64,000 nucleotides of DNA from an uncultured Candidatus Saccharibacteria bacterium (GCA_964468795.1 CAYXWL010000001.1:232246-296245), one strand, 5' to 3'; shown: positions 44,238 to 54,425, counted from the stretch's first letter. A program made the numbers and translations. The notes: generated by a model from the letters alone, not told the origin.

Positions 44238-44888
44238 GTGGATAAAAAAATGAAAAAAACTCTTGCTCTCATATTGGTCATACTGGTTGCATCACTCGGC
44301 TACTTTTATTTTATAAAAAAGGAAAAAGCTCCTGCCCCTAGCAACACAAAGACATATAGGAACAGCACGCTCGGCCTATCTTTCATCTACCCCAACATGC
44401 TAACAGCAAGCACTACTGGGTCTTCCGTCGTAGTGCACCACGAAGTTCCGTTCGAGCATCCTGATTACTGTGATTTTCGTGGAGACAATGCCGGCACACA
44501 GAAAAATCTTACTGATTTCAATATTGCTATCAGTCTTTCTGACAAGGATATTGTTGAAACAATAAAACAAAAAAGCCCATATATATCTCCGGAAAACTTC
44601 GTGAATGGAAAAGTAGTAACATCTCCCGGCTTTATTGACGAAGTTGTGATTGGCAATCTTTCCGGATACAAAATAATTGAGGGTGTAGAAGGTTGTGGTC
44701 ATACCACTTACTTTTTCAAAATATCCGACAACAAAACTCTTGTGGTTGTGAGCGATATGATAACCATATTTACAGGCGCTATCCCAGAAGAAACAGCAAG
44801 CAGGGCCAAGGCTGTACCAGGCATTATTACAAGCGAGGAGGCAGACCAGATACTGAAATCTATTATTAGCACATTAAAGGCCAGCTAG
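44238..44888 (+). CDS. hypothetical exported protein
   Basis: 216 aa. Signal-anchor KKTLALILVILVASLGYFYF. Confidence 0.55.
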   Translation: MDKKMKKTLALILVILVASLGYFYFIKKEKAPAPSNTKTYRNSTLGLSFIYPNMLTASTTGSSVVVHHEVPFEHPDYCDFRGDNAGTQKNLTDFNIAISLSDKDIVETIKQKSPYISPENFVNGKVVTSPGFIDEVVIGNLSGYKIIEGVEGCGHTTYFFKISDNKTLVVVSDMITIFTGAIPEETASRAKAVPGIITSEEADQILKSIISTLKAS

Positions 44889-44950
44889 CTTTGCAAAATC
44901 CATAAAATGTGCTATATTTTTACTACTTTTAGAAGTTATCAATAAATTAT

Positions 44951-45460
44951 TTGTCACAAAGCATACGAATAAACAACCAGATAACAGCGCCTGAACTTCG
45001 GGTGATTATGGAAAACGGCGATAATCTTGGTGTCCTCTCCTTTAGAGAAGCTCTGGATAAGGCCAGGGAGGCTGGTTTGGACCTCATAGAGATATCGCCA
45101 AAGGCCATGCCTCCAGTTGCAAAAATCATGGATTATGGTAAATTTCAGTATGCTGAAAACAAGAAGCTAAAAGTGGCTAAAACCAAGGCCAAAAACGTAG
45201 AAGTTAAGAACATTCAAATCAAAGTAGGCACCGGAGACCACGATCTTGAACTCAAGGCTAAAAAAGCCTCAGAATGGCTAAAGGAAGGAAACAGGATAAA
45301 AATTGACCTATTTCTACCCGGCCGAGCTAAGTTTATGGATATTAAATTCTTGGAAGAAAGGATGTCTAGGGTACTTAAGCTGATTACAGAAGAATTCAAA
45401 ATAGCAGACCCAGCCAAAAAGTCACCAAAAGGCCTTAGCATTATTATTGAGAAAGCCTAG
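44951..45460 (+). CDS. infC: translation initiation factor IF-3 (non-ATG start)
   Basis: INNQITAPELRVIMENGDNLGV..LDLIEISPKAMPPVAKIMDYGKFQY. The track start is TTG. Confidence 0.85.
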   Translation: MSQSIRINNQITAPELRVIMENGDNLGVLSFREALDKAREAGLDLIEISPKAMPPVAKIMDYGKFQYAENKKLKVAKTKAKNVEVKNIQIKVGTGDHDLELKAKKASEWLKEGNRIKIDLFLPGRAKFMDIKFLEERMSRVLKLITEEFKIADPAKKSPKGLSIIIEKA

Positions 45461-45478
45461 AGCGGTAAGGAAAATAAC

Positions 45479-45664
45479 ATGTCAACAAAAACAAACAAAT
45501 CATTCACAAAGAGACTGAAAGTCAGCAAGAATGGCAAAATAAAGGCCCGAAAGACTGGTCAGAACCATTTTAACGCAAAGGAGTCTCGACGATCACAGCT
45601 TTCAAAGAAGAAGGATGTTAATTTCCCTATTAGCAACAAGGACCGAGCTTTTTATATAAAGTAA
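45479..45664 (+). CDS. rpmI: 50S ribosomal protein L35
   Basis: 61 aa, basic. KRLKVSKNGKIKARKTGQNH. Confidence 0.85.
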   Translation: MSTKTNKSFTKRLKVSKNGKIKARKTGQNHFNAKESRRSQLSKKKDVNFPISNKDRAFYIK

Positions 45665-45745
45665 AGCATAGAGAAATAAGAAAAGAGGTATGAAGAATTC
45701 AAATTCATAACTCAAATCTCAAATCACATAATTCAAATCAAAATC

Positions 45746-46096
45746 ATGACAAGAGTAAAGAAAGGAGTAAATGCTCTAAAATCAAGAAAGAATATCCTAC
45801 GAAAGACAAAAGGCTTTCGACATGGACGAGGTTCAAAGGAAAGACAGGCAATGGACGCCTTGCTTCACGCTGGTGCATATGCATTTGCGCACAGACGAGA
45901 CAAGAAAAGCGATGCTCGAAAGAACTGGAATGTAATGATTTCATATGGAGCAAAGGAGCTTGGAACATCATACTCAAAGCTAATGGGAGCACTAAAGAAG
46001 AAAGGAGTGATGATAGACCGAAAGATCCTCGCGACACTTGTTGCAGAGCATCCAGAAACATTTAAGAAAGTAGTAGCCCTAACATCATCTAAATAA
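45746..46096 (+). CDS. rplT: 50S ribosomal protein L20
   Basis: MTRVKKGVNALKSRKNILRKTKGFRHGR. Confidence 0.9.
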   Translation: MTRVKKGVNALKSRKNILRKTKGFRHGRGSKERQAMDALLHAGAYAFAHRRDKKSDARKNWNVMISYGAKELGTSYSKLMGALKKKGVMIDRKILATLVAEHPETFKKVVALTSSK

Positions 46097-46128
46097 CTAA
46101 AAACTCCGGAGATTACCGGAGTTTTTAG

Positions 46129-47100
46129 TTATTTAATGAATTTTATAGCATTAAAATTACACATAGTTTTATCTCCCCCATCTATAAGTCGAGGTAGGAC
46201 TGTACCACTTAATGCTTGTTCATATAATTCATTTGCCGCGATCCTATCAGGTGTATTGATAATAATTTTTTCAATATTATCAATTATCTTATCTGCTTCT
46301 TCATTTGATCTAATATAACGAAGACAATTCCATAAGTTAACTTCAGCTATAATGTTTTTAACTTGCTTCTGTTGTGACAAACCATCCTTTAAACTTTTTT
46401 CTCTGGTAGCAACATATGACTTTATAGCAGTAATGGTGGATTCATCTTTGTAATTATCTAGAATGTACTGCTGAATATCTGAAGTTGTGGAGTTTAGGAA
46501 TTTAAAGGTTGAAAGAATTTTATAGGCTTCCTCTGTCATTACAGAAAAGCTAAACATTTTACCTGCATTTGAGGTTCTATATACATCATAACTATACATA
46601 CCAGCCATGTTATAAACATTAAAATCTACACCGTTTATTTTGGTGGTAGAAGTAGAAAGTATATAATCATATTTTGAACTATCCCTATTATCAAAAATCA
46701 TATCTACACTAACTCCATCTCCAGCAAACTCACCTTTTCTCCAAAAATCATATCTCTCTTTTGATGTAAAACTAATTTTTCCTTCGTCCACACCAACCTC
46801 TTCAACAACCCAGTCTGGAGGCATTTTTAACTCAAATCCATACTCCTCGTTGCGATATGTTTTCCATCCAGAGTGTTTATCCTGTACTTCCACCTGCTTT
46901 TCAAAAGACTTTCCTAATTTGTAGCTTTCGTATGCCTTGTATTTAAAATAACCTGCCAGAGAAAGTCCGATTAAAATTAGAACTCCGCAAAACATCAAAA
47001 ACCAAGGAGTAAAATTTTTCTTTGGATCAGTTTCAAAAAAATTAAAGGGTGGTTTAGGGACAGGAGTCTGTGGAATTTGATTTTGCTCTTGTGGTTCCAT
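46129..47100 (-). CDS. hypothetical membrane-anchored protein
   Basis: Start trimmed to MEPQEQNQ. One TM (FTPWFLMFCGVLILIGLSLAGYF). Confidence 0.55.
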   Translation of the reverse strand: MEPQEQNQIPQTPVPKPPFNFFETDPKKNFTPWFLMFCGVLILIGLSLAGYFKYKAYESYKLGKSFEKQVEVQDKHSGWKTYRNEEYGFELKMPPDWVVEEVGVDEGKISFTSKERYDFWRKGEFAGDGVSVDMIFDNRDSSKYDYILSTSTTKINGVDFNVYNMAGMYSYDVYRTSNAGKMFSFSVMTEEAYKILSTFKFLNSTTSDIQQYILDNYKDESTITAIKSYVATREKSLKDGLSQQKQVKNIIAEVNLWNCLRYIRSNEEADKIIDNIEKIIINTPDRIAANELYEQALSGTVLPRLIDGGDKTMCNFNAIKFIK

Positions 47101-47226
47101 ATGTTTATTTATTATACAACAAACTTTCATAATTGGATGCAGTTCTAGGCGGACAAAAAAATACCGCGAGCCTTATATAGATAAGGTGAGCGGTATTTTT
47201 TGAAGTCCAACAACGAAATGCGTCAA

Positions 47227-48609
47227 TTATGAAAGTTTGTAAATTTTACCACGTTCGGGGTATATAGCATCCACCTCAAGCTCATCCCTAAGCCTCTGAG
47301 TTAGATATGTTGAAGATTTTGGTTCGCCCATGACCACGAACACTTTTTTGACTTTCTTTGCAGTATTGGAAACCATGTCTACTATTCCGTTCGAATCCTT
47401 GTGGGAAGAATAGCCAGATATCATTTCTATCCTAGCTTTTACCGGAACAATTTCTCCATTGATTTCAATTTCTCTTGGCTTTTCCTGTATTCTCCTTCCC
47501 AGCGTTCCTAGAGCCTGATAGCCCATGAGCAAAATCGTGCTTTTTGGATCCGGCAGGTACCTTATTTCATGCGCTACTACCCTTCCACCAGAGGACATGC
47601 CCGAACCTGCAATGATGATTTTTGGGTTTGAAATATTTTCTATCTCGTTCGACTCTCTTGAACCATGCGTAATAGTAAGTTTTGGAAAATTGAAGATATT
47701 GTCACCGCCTTTTATCTCATCATTTACGCCCTTATTAAAATCTTTTGTTTTTTTAGCATAAACTTCTGTGACCTTGAGCCCCAAGGGAGAGTCCAGAAAA
47801 ACCGGCACGGAAGGGATCTTGCCGTCTTCTACCATATTGTTGAGTTCATACAGAATAACTTGCGTTCTTTCTATCGAAAAAGCTGGTATTACCAGAGCTC
47901 CTCTTGAAGCGATAGTCTCTTTTACAACGCTTATAAACCTTTTGTCTCTAACATCTTTTGGCTCATGATTCCTGTCCCCATATACGCTATCTACCACCAA
48001 ATAATCCGCATCGGTTATTTCCTCTGTTTGCTTGAGCAAAGGAGACGGCGAGTTTCCAGAGTCGCCAGTAAAAACTATTTTTCTGCCGTCGTATGAAAAC
48101 TCATACATTGATGAGCCTAGAATATGCCCTGCGTCTTTTAAGTAAACTGAAAGATCATCTGTAATTTTTGTATTTTCGTTATATGGGATAGTTCTCCATA
48201 GGGCGAAGGCAGTATTAGCATCGTTGGCATCATATAGAGGCGGAATCTTGAAACCGTCTTCTATCTCTTTTTCCTTGGACTTCATATCCATAACCTTTAT
48301 GGCATCCTCTATCATCAAAATGGCTAGGTCTTTTGTCTCCGGAGTTGAATATATGATTCCTCGAAAGCCGTCCTTTACCAGCTTGCCCACTCTGCCTATA
48401 TGATCCATGTGAGCATGAGTGATAAACAGAAAATCAATTGTTTTCGGATCATACGGGAAAGGCTTTGCGTTTTCTTCTTCTGCCGTTGGAGTTCCTTGAA
48501 CCAGTCCGCAATCTACCAAAAACCTTTCATCCTGAGTCTCCACCAAAAAGTTTGCCCCTGTCACAGTCCCTACTCCGCTCCAAAATGTCACTTCAAGTTT
48601 TTTTGCCAT
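47227..48609 (-). CDS. MBL-fold / beta-CASP family hydrolase (RNase J/CPSF-like)
   Basis: FITHAHMDHIGR (HxHxDH) plus downstream D/H motifs. The start may be 48630. Confidence 0.7.
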   Translation of the reverse strand: MAKKLEVTFWSGVGTVTGANFLVETQDERFLVDCGLVQGTPTAEEENAKPFPYDPKTIDFLFITHAHMDHIGRVGKLVKDGFRGIIYSTPETKDLAILMIEDAIKVMDMKSKEKEIEDGFKIPPLYDANDANTAFALWRTIPYNENTKITDDLSVYLKDAGHILGSSMYEFSYDGRKIVFTGDSGNSPSPLLKQTEEITDADYLVVDSVYGDRNHEPKDVRDKRFISVVKETIASRGALVIPAFSIERTQVILYELNNMVEDGKIPSVPVFLDSPLGLKVTEVYAKKTKDFNKGVNDEIKGGDNIFNFPKLTITHGSRESNEIENISNPKIIIAGSGMSSGGRVVAHEIRYLPDPKSTILLMGYQALGTLGRRIQEKPREIEINGEIVPVKARIEMISGYSSHKDSNGIVDMVSNTAKKVKKVFVVMGEPKSSTYLTQRLRDELEVDAIYPERGKIYKLS

Positions 48610-48611
48610 TT

Positions 48612-49010
48612 TTATTTTATTAATTTCCAAGAGTATAGTGATGCCAAAAGTCCTCCCAAAAGATCCATGGATAAATCACCCATTGTGTCTTTGTAGTAAA
48701 GCCAGCCATCAGACAAAGTGGTAATGCCAAAGTGCAGTTCGAATATTTCCCACAATATTCCGATAAGGAGCGTCCCAAGAACACCTATTATAATGACTTT
48801 TTTCTGCGAATTTTCAATTTCTGAATAGAGACAAGATACCAGCCATATTGTACCCATGCCCACGCAGGCCCCTCCCAAAAGATGCATAGGTTTATCTAAG
48901 CCCGATACAGTCCAATAGTAATAGAATTTATTGTTTATATAATCGGCTACTCCTATGAAAGCTAAAATAGCAAAGGCCCGAAAAAATAGATTTGAGTTTC
49001 TATATTGCAT
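48612..49010 (-). CDS. small integral membrane protein
   Basis: 132 aa, 4 TM. Confidence 0.5.
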   Translation of the reverse strand: MQYRNSNLFFRAFAILAFIGVADYINNKFYYYWTVSGLDKPMHLLGGACVGMGTIWLVSCLYSEIENSQKKVIIIGVLGTLLIGILWEIFELHFGITTLSDGWLYYKDTMGDLSMDLLGGLLASLYSWKLIK

Positions 49011-49337
49011 TAAATTATTGTAGCAAATTCAATTAAGTACTAAAACACCCACGAAACCGTGGGTGTTTTAGTATGGATACGCTGATATTCCCCTAGCTTA
49101 ACGCCAGGTGGGTGCCCGCAAGTGCGCAAGTCAGAACGAATGAACGCTCATCGTAGTGCAAAGATATGAGGCTCCCAAAAAATTGTTTAGGAGGAAAATA
49201 TCTAACGTATCCTGAAATCATTATACTCTCAACTGAAGGCTCTTCAACTTGTATATTTTTTAAAATGGGTTATAGGAAAGCCAAATCAAAAAACCGCCAA
49301 GTTTCAAGGCGATTTTCTTTATTTAACCTTCACAAAG

Positions 49338-49943
49338 CTACTCCATGATGCCGTCTAAATTTACGTCGTAGAGAATGGATTCTTGAATCAGCTTATAATC
49401 AATTATTTCTTCTGCTGAGAACCAATGCGCTATCTCCATTTCTGCTTCTTTTGGTGAACCTGACGCATGAACAAGGTTTCTGACAGATCTGTCGTCATTG
49501 TCTGCCATATTGTATGAATCCAAAACATAATCACCTCTAATAGTTCCGACATCTGTAGATCTCGGCTCCGTTCCTCCGGTTATTTTTCTGACAATTTCAA
49601 CAGCGTGTGCGCCTTCCAACACAATTGCGATAACAGGACCAGCTGTCATGTATTTCTTCAGCCTCTCCAAAACCACAGCAGTAATTTCGTAAGGATCTTC
49701 TGTGTGAAGCTGTTCGCCTTTTTCCTTTGCTGCCTTTATTCTTTTCTCTCCCGTAATTCTTCTCCATTCTGGATCTAGAGTATAGTGCTTTTCTACATGC
49801 TCAGGAGTTGCGACTAGCATTTTCATCGCGACAAGCTTTAGGCCTACTCTCTCGTATCTTTCAATAATCTCACCGACAAGAGTTCTCTGCACTCCGTCGG
49901 GCTTTATTATTACCAATGTTCTCTCCTTTTTTGGATGTGACAT
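49338..49943 (-). CDS. ndk: nucleoside diphosphate kinase (long form)
   Basis: RTLVIIKPDGVQRTLVGEIIERYE .. NLVHASGSPKEA. Confidence 0.85.
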   Translation of the reverse strand: MSHPKKERTLVIIKPDGVQRTLVGEIIERYERVGLKLVAMKMLVATPEHVEKHYTLDPEWRRITGEKRIKAAKEKGEQLHTEDPYEITAVVLERLKKYMTAGPVIAIVLEGAHAVEIVRKITGGTEPRSTDVGTIRGDYVLDSYNMADNDDRSVRNLVHASGSPKEAEMEIAHWFSAEEIIDYKLIQESILYDVNLDGIME

Positions 49944-50140
49944 AAAGTTTAGTTAGATAGTTAATAAGTTTAATAGTTGATGAGTTTGATAGTTTATAAG
50001 TGAAGGATATCACCATTTTAGAAGTTTTCAAATATGGATGAAGTTCAAGGCGAAATGAAAAAATGAGAGAAGCCTTACAAGTAGTAAGGTGACGAACATT
50101 TTTGAAATTTCAACGCAAAAATTCGCCAGTTTTGAAAGTT

Positions 50141-50908
50141 CTACTTAGTAAGTATGATAGGGTCCATCTCAGTAATAGCAATAGTATGTTCGCAATGAGC
50201 AGCATTTGAACCGTCTGCTGTTTTGTATGTATATCCATCTTTTGCTAAAACTATTTTGCTTGTGCCAAGGGTAATCATGGGTTCTATAGCAATAACCATG
50301 CCAGGCTTCAAAACTTCTCCTGTGCCTTTTCTGCCTTGATTTGGTACAAATGGATCCTCGTGAACTTTGTAACCAACCCCATGCCCTGCCAAACCCTCGC
50401 ACAAGCCATATCCAAGAGGCTTTATAAATGACTCGATTGCGTATCCTATATCACCTACCCGCGCCCCGCCCCTTGCTACTTTTATTCCCAAAGCCAATGC
50501 TTCCTTGCAATGCTCTATCATCTTCCTGTCTTCTTCTAAAATATTTCCAACCCCGACTGTTATCGCACTATCAGTTATCATGCCCTTATGAACAAGTCCC
50601 AAATCCAAAGTTACGACGTCGCCATCTTGTAAAATAAGTGGGTCCTCGTTTGGTATGCCGTGAACTATTTCATTGTTTACTGAAACACATAGGCTTGCCG
50701 GATAAGGCCTCTTTGCCCCTCTAGGTGTATAGTTCAAAAAAGCAGCCTTGTCTCCGCCTTCCTTTATGAGCTCTGACGCAAAGTCATCGAGTTCCTTGGT
50801 AGAAATTCCAGGTGCTACTTTCTTTGCAATTTCCTGCAAAATAAAGGCGTGGCGCTTTCCACCCTCTTTTAATATTTCTATTTCCTCCTGAGTCTTAATA
50901 TTTATCAT
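50141..50908 (-). CDS. map: type I methionine aminopeptidase
   Basis: 255 aa. Metal ligands in the DLG..D..H..E..E pattern (VVTLDLG, AHCEHT). Confidence 0.9.
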   Translation of the reverse strand: MINIKTQEEIEILKEGGKRHAFILQEIAKKVAPGISTKELDDFASELIKEGGDKAAFLNYTPRGAKRPYPASLCVSVNNEIVHGIPNEDPLILQDGDVVTLDLGLVHKGMITDSAITVGVGNILEEDRKMIEHCKEALALGIKVARGGARVGDIGYAIESFIKPLGYGLCEGLAGHGVGYKVHEDPFVPNQGRKGTGEVLKPGMVIAIEPMITLGTSKIVLAKDGYTYKTADGSNAAHCEHTIAITEMDPIILTK

Positions 50909-50909
50909 T

Positions 50910-51497
50910 TTAGAGACCGATCTCTTTCATTATATCGGCATGGACTTCTTCTATAGATTTCTCGCCGTCAATCGAGATGAAGTTATAGTATGTGTTGTTC
51001 CTAAAATATTCAAGTGCCGGCACGACATTTTCATAGTACCAAGCTATTCGCTTTTCTATGTCATGCTCATTGTCGTCTGTTCTACCTCTTCCCAAAAGCC
51101 TGTCTTTTGCCCATTCCTTGCTCACTGCCATAGAGATGACATAAGGCTTTTCTCTCTTGTAAAACTTCATTGCCGAGTCCAAAATAGGCGCTTCATGGGC
51201 TCGTCTTGAAAGTCCGTCGAGAACCATGTGTTCGTCTCCAGAAACGTGCTTTATGAGATATTCTGTCCAAATCCAAATCGGCAAAAATTCTGGCAGTAGG
51301 CCTCCTTTTGACATTATTTCCTTGGTCATCTGTGCAGTAACAGATGCTTCTGTAGAAAAATCTCTAAATCTTTGACCTGTCTCTATGTACAAAACTTCTC
51401 TATTATCTTTTTCTTTTAGCTTATCAATAAGTAGCTTTGCCTGTGTTCCCTTTCCGGCGCCTGATGGCCCGAAGAATATGAATGTTTGTGGAGTCAT
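50910..51497 (-). CDS. adk: adenylate kinase
   Basis: FFGPSGAGKGTQAKLL P-loop. Confidence 0.9.
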   Translation of the reverse strand: MTPQTFIFFGPSGAGKGTQAKLLIDKLKEKDNREVLYIETGQRFRDFSTEASVTAQMTKEIMSKGGLLPEFLPIWIWTEYLIKHVSGDEHMVLDGLSRRAHEAPILDSAMKFYKREKPYVISMAVSKEWAKDRLLGRGRTDDNEHDIEKRIAWYYENVVPALEYFRNNTYYNFISIDGEKSIEEVHADIMKEIGL

Positions 51498-51544
51498 GAA
51501 TAAAGTATACCAGATTTAACTCACATATGAATCATTTGCATACC

Positions 51545-51760
51545 AAAACCCCATTATAACTTTTTAGAAACAAAAAATTTCCCAACGGGAAATTTTTCTC
51601 TCTCCTTACAGGAGCAGTACACCTTTCGCAAAGTTTTGCTCAAGATCTTGCGAAGCAATAATATTGCTTCTCACCTCGGCTTCTATTCGTCAAGGCATGG
51701 TACCTTGACGAAACCATGCTAGAAGCCTGCGTATGTTCTAAAAAGTTATAATGGGGTTTT
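51545..51760 (-). repeat. structured intergenic element, copy B (conserved core inside a perfect 25-bp inverted repeat)
   Basis: Arms AAAACCCCATTATAACTTTTTAGAA (51545-69) / TTCTAAAAAGTTATAATGGGGTTTT (51736-60). Core 51674-51735 is the reverse complement of the copy A core. Confidence 0.7.
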
Positions 51761-53030
51761 AGTACTCGCGGATTGAAACCTGAGCGTCTATTTTCTTGAT
51801 CAGATCGATTACCACAGATACCACAATAAGGAGAGCTGTACCACCTACAGAAACAGCTGTAATTCCTGTAAAACCTCTGATAATGAGAGGAAGAACAGCA
51901 ATGAATCCTAGGAAGATGGCGCCTACCAAAGTCAATCGAGTAAGTATTCGTGAAATATGATCTGCTGTAGATTTTCCAGGTCGTACTCCAGGTATGAATG
52001 CTCCGTTTTTCTGAAGATTGGTAGAGATCTGATCTGGATCAAATGTAACTGCTGTATAGAAGTATGTGAAGATAAACACAAGCAGGAAGTATGCTATTCC
52101 GTAGAACCAGCCATTTGCCAAAATTGCTAGGATTTTTGAAGAGACTGTCTGGATCCATGCATGGCTTGAATTCTGCAAGAACCTTAGAATCATCTGAGGG
52201 AACAAAAGGATAGATAGAGCAAAGATGATTGGAATTACACCTGCTTGATTGATTCGTAGAGGAAGGTATGTAGATGTTCCTCCGTAAACTCTGTTTCCCC
52301 TTACCTGCTTTGCGTATGTTATAGGGATTGGCCTTTCAGCTTCTGTAATGACAACCACTCCAACAATAACTAAAGTGGCAATGACAATGAAAGCCAAGTA
52401 AACTGGAAGCTGAGCTGTGCTAAATGAGAATGCCAGCTGTCCTGCAGCAGATGGAAGAGCTGCTACGATACCTGAAAAGATGATAAGGCTTATTCCGTTT
52501 CCAATTCCATATTCAGTGATAAGCTCTCCGATCCACATAAGCAGAACTGAACCCGCGGTGATAACTAAAAGGTTTGTCGTAAGCTGAAGTCCTGACAAAT
52601 GAGTAATGACTCCCTGATTCTCCAAAAGTTTTATAAAGCTGAAAGCCTGTAAAAGCGCTAGAGGAACTGTAATCATTCGTCCGTACTGGGCAAATTTTCT
52701 CCTGCCCACCTCCCCGTCTTCCTGATACATTTCTTTTAGCTTTGGAGAAAGTATAGTCAAAAGTTGCATGATGATAGAACCTGTAATATAAGGTCCTACT
52801 CCAAGCATCACGATAGAAAGCTGTGAAAGGCCTCCTCCTGAGAAAATATTTAGCAATCCTAGAAATTCGTTGCTAGAAAAAAATTGTGCAAGCCTTCCAT
52901 GATCAACTCCTGGAACAGGAACAGATGCCAGCACTCGGAACAGTGCCAAAGCAAAAAGTGTAAAAAGTATTCGCTTTCGCAGGATGCTGTCCTGGAAAAC
53001 GAGTTTGAATTTGTTCATGAAGTTGCTCAT
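51759..53030 (-). CDS. secY: preprotein translocase subunit SecY
   Basis: 423 aa, 10 TM, typical SecY N-terminus. Confidence 0.9.
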   Translation of the reverse strand: MSNFMNKFKLVFQDSILRKRILFTLFALALFRVLASVPVPGVDHGRLAQFFSSNEFLGLLNIFSGGGLSQLSIVMLGVGPYITGSIIMQLLTILSPKLKEMYQEDGEVGRRKFAQYGRMITVPLALLQAFSFIKLLENQGVITHLSGLQLTTNLLVITAGSVLLMWIGELITEYGIGNGISLIIFSGIVAALPSAAGQLAFSFSTAQLPVYLAFIVIATLVIVGVVVITEAERPIPITYAKQVRGNRVYGGTSTYLPLRINQAGVIPIIFALSILLFPQMILRFLQNSSHAWIQTVSSKILAILANGWFYGIAYFLLVFIFTYFYTAVTFDPDQISTNLQKNGAFIPGVRPGKSTADHISRILTRLTLVGAIFLGFIAVLPLIIRGFTGITAVSVGGTALLIVVSVVIDLIKKIDAQVSIREY

Positions 53031-53034
53031 AGGA

Positions 53035-53475
53035 TTATTTTACTGTACCTCCGGCCTTCTCGATAATAGATTTTGCTGATGCAGAAACTAGGCAACCTTC
53101 GAATGAAAGCTTCTTGTCCAGCTCTCCTGTTCCAAGTATCTTAACTTTTGGAATCACTCCGCTCTTTGAAGTTAGAAGATTGTGCTTTATAAGCGTCTCT
53201 GGAGAAACAACATCGCCATTTTTGCAAAGCTTGTTGAAAACAGAAAGGTTGAACACTACAGGTTTATCCTTTATTGATGTGTTGATATTCTTGCCTCGTC
53301 CTCGTAGCTTTGGAATTCTCTTGATGAAATCTCTGATCTCTGGTCGCTTCTTGTGTCCGGCTCGGGCGTTCTGTCCCTTTGTTCCTCGTCCAGAAGTTTT
53401 TCCATGAGTTCCCCCTCGGCCAACTGTTTTTGGCTTCTTGTTCGGATTTTTTCTTTTTAAGTTATTGCTCTGCAT
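53035..53475 (-). CDS. rplO: 50S ribosomal protein L15
   Basis: GRGGTHGKTSGRGTKGQ motif. Confidence 0.9.
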   Translation of the reverse strand: MQSNNLKRKNPNKKPKTVGRGGTHGKTSGRGTKGQNARAGHKKRPEIRDFIKRIPKLRGRGKNINTSIKDKPVVFNLSVFNKLCKNGDVVSPETLIKHNLLTSKSGVIPKVKILGTGELDKKLSFEGCLVSASAKSIIEKAGGTVK

Positions 53476-53485
53476 GGTATTTATG

Positions 53486-54055
53486 TTACTTTGCTGCCTT
53501 CATTTTAGAAAGTGCTTTTATTGCAGCTTTTGCATTGTTTATCTTATTCTTACTTCTTGAAAAGATTTTTGATGAAACTTCCTTGATTCCTGCGAATTCA
53601 AGAACTGTTCTCACAGATGATCCAGCCAAAACTCCCTTTCCTGGAGCTCTCATTATAAGAACTCGTGAGCTAGAGTATTTTGCTTCTGCTTCGTGCGGAA
53701 CTGATGATGCCTTTGTAAGGTTCACCTTTATCATATTCTTTCGAGCGTCTCGCACTGCCTTGTCGATAGCAACAGGAGTGTCTCCGGCCTTGCCTAGTCC
53801 TACTCCAACTCTTCCCTTTCTGTCTCCGATAACTACAGCAACAGAGAAAGCAAATCGTCGTCCTCCAGTTACCACTCGTGTTACGCGCCTTATGCTGATA
53901 ATTTTCTGATCAAATTCAGGCTTTACTCTTGCTTCTCTTCGAGGAGCAGGCTTTCGAGAATTCTTTCGGAACTCCCTCTGCTGTGGCATAGAAGTAGCTG
54001 GCTGTGCTTCAGCCTCTACCGCAACATCTTCAACTTTTATTTCTTCGTTTTCCAT
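53486..54055 (-). CDS. rpsE: 30S ribosomal protein S5
   Basis: VTRVVTGGRRFAFSVAVVIGD. Followed directly by rplO, with no L30 gene between. Confidence 0.9.
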   Translation of the reverse strand: MENEEIKVEDVAVEAEAQPATSMPQQREFRKNSRKPAPRREARVKPEFDQKIISIRRVTRVVTGGRRFAFSVAVVIGDRKGRVGVGLGKAGDTPVAIDKAVRDARKNMIKVNLTKASSVPHEAEAKYSSSRVLIMRAPGKGVLAGSSVRTVLEFAGIKEVSSKIFSRSKNKINNAKAAIKALSKMKAAK

Positions 54056-54063
54056 ATGTTTGA

Positions 54064-54414
54064 TTAAAACTTAAGTCCGCCTTTTCTTGCCCCTTCTGCA
54101 AGCGCCTTTACGTTTCCTGTATAAATAAATCCTCCTCTGTCGAAAACGACCCTTGAAATCTTGCCTGCCAATGCTTTTTCAGCAATAGCTACTCCAACAT
54201 TCTCTGATTTCTCCATCATTGTCTTGCCTTTTACATCGCTTGAATGAACACCTACAATTGTAACTCCTTTTACATCGTCAATTATCTGAGCAGATATGTA
54301 TCGGTTTGATTTGAAAATAGAAAGTCGAGGCATTTCGCTTGTGCCAGAAATCTTTGCTCTTATTCGAGCATGTCGTCGTGTTCTCTTTGCAACTTTTGAT
54401 TGATTCTTTTTCAT
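54064..54414 (-). CDS. rplR: 50S ribosomal protein L18
   Basis: RRHARIRAKISGTSEMPRLSIFKSNRYISAQIIDD. Confidence 0.9.
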   Translation of the reverse strand: MKKNQSKVAKRTRRHARIRAKISGTSEMPRLSIFKSNRYISAQIIDDVKGVTIVGVHSSDVKGKTMMEKSENVGVAIAEKALAGKISRVVFDRGGFIYTGNVKALAEGARKGGLKF

Positions 54415-54425
54415 GGCCGTTTGAA

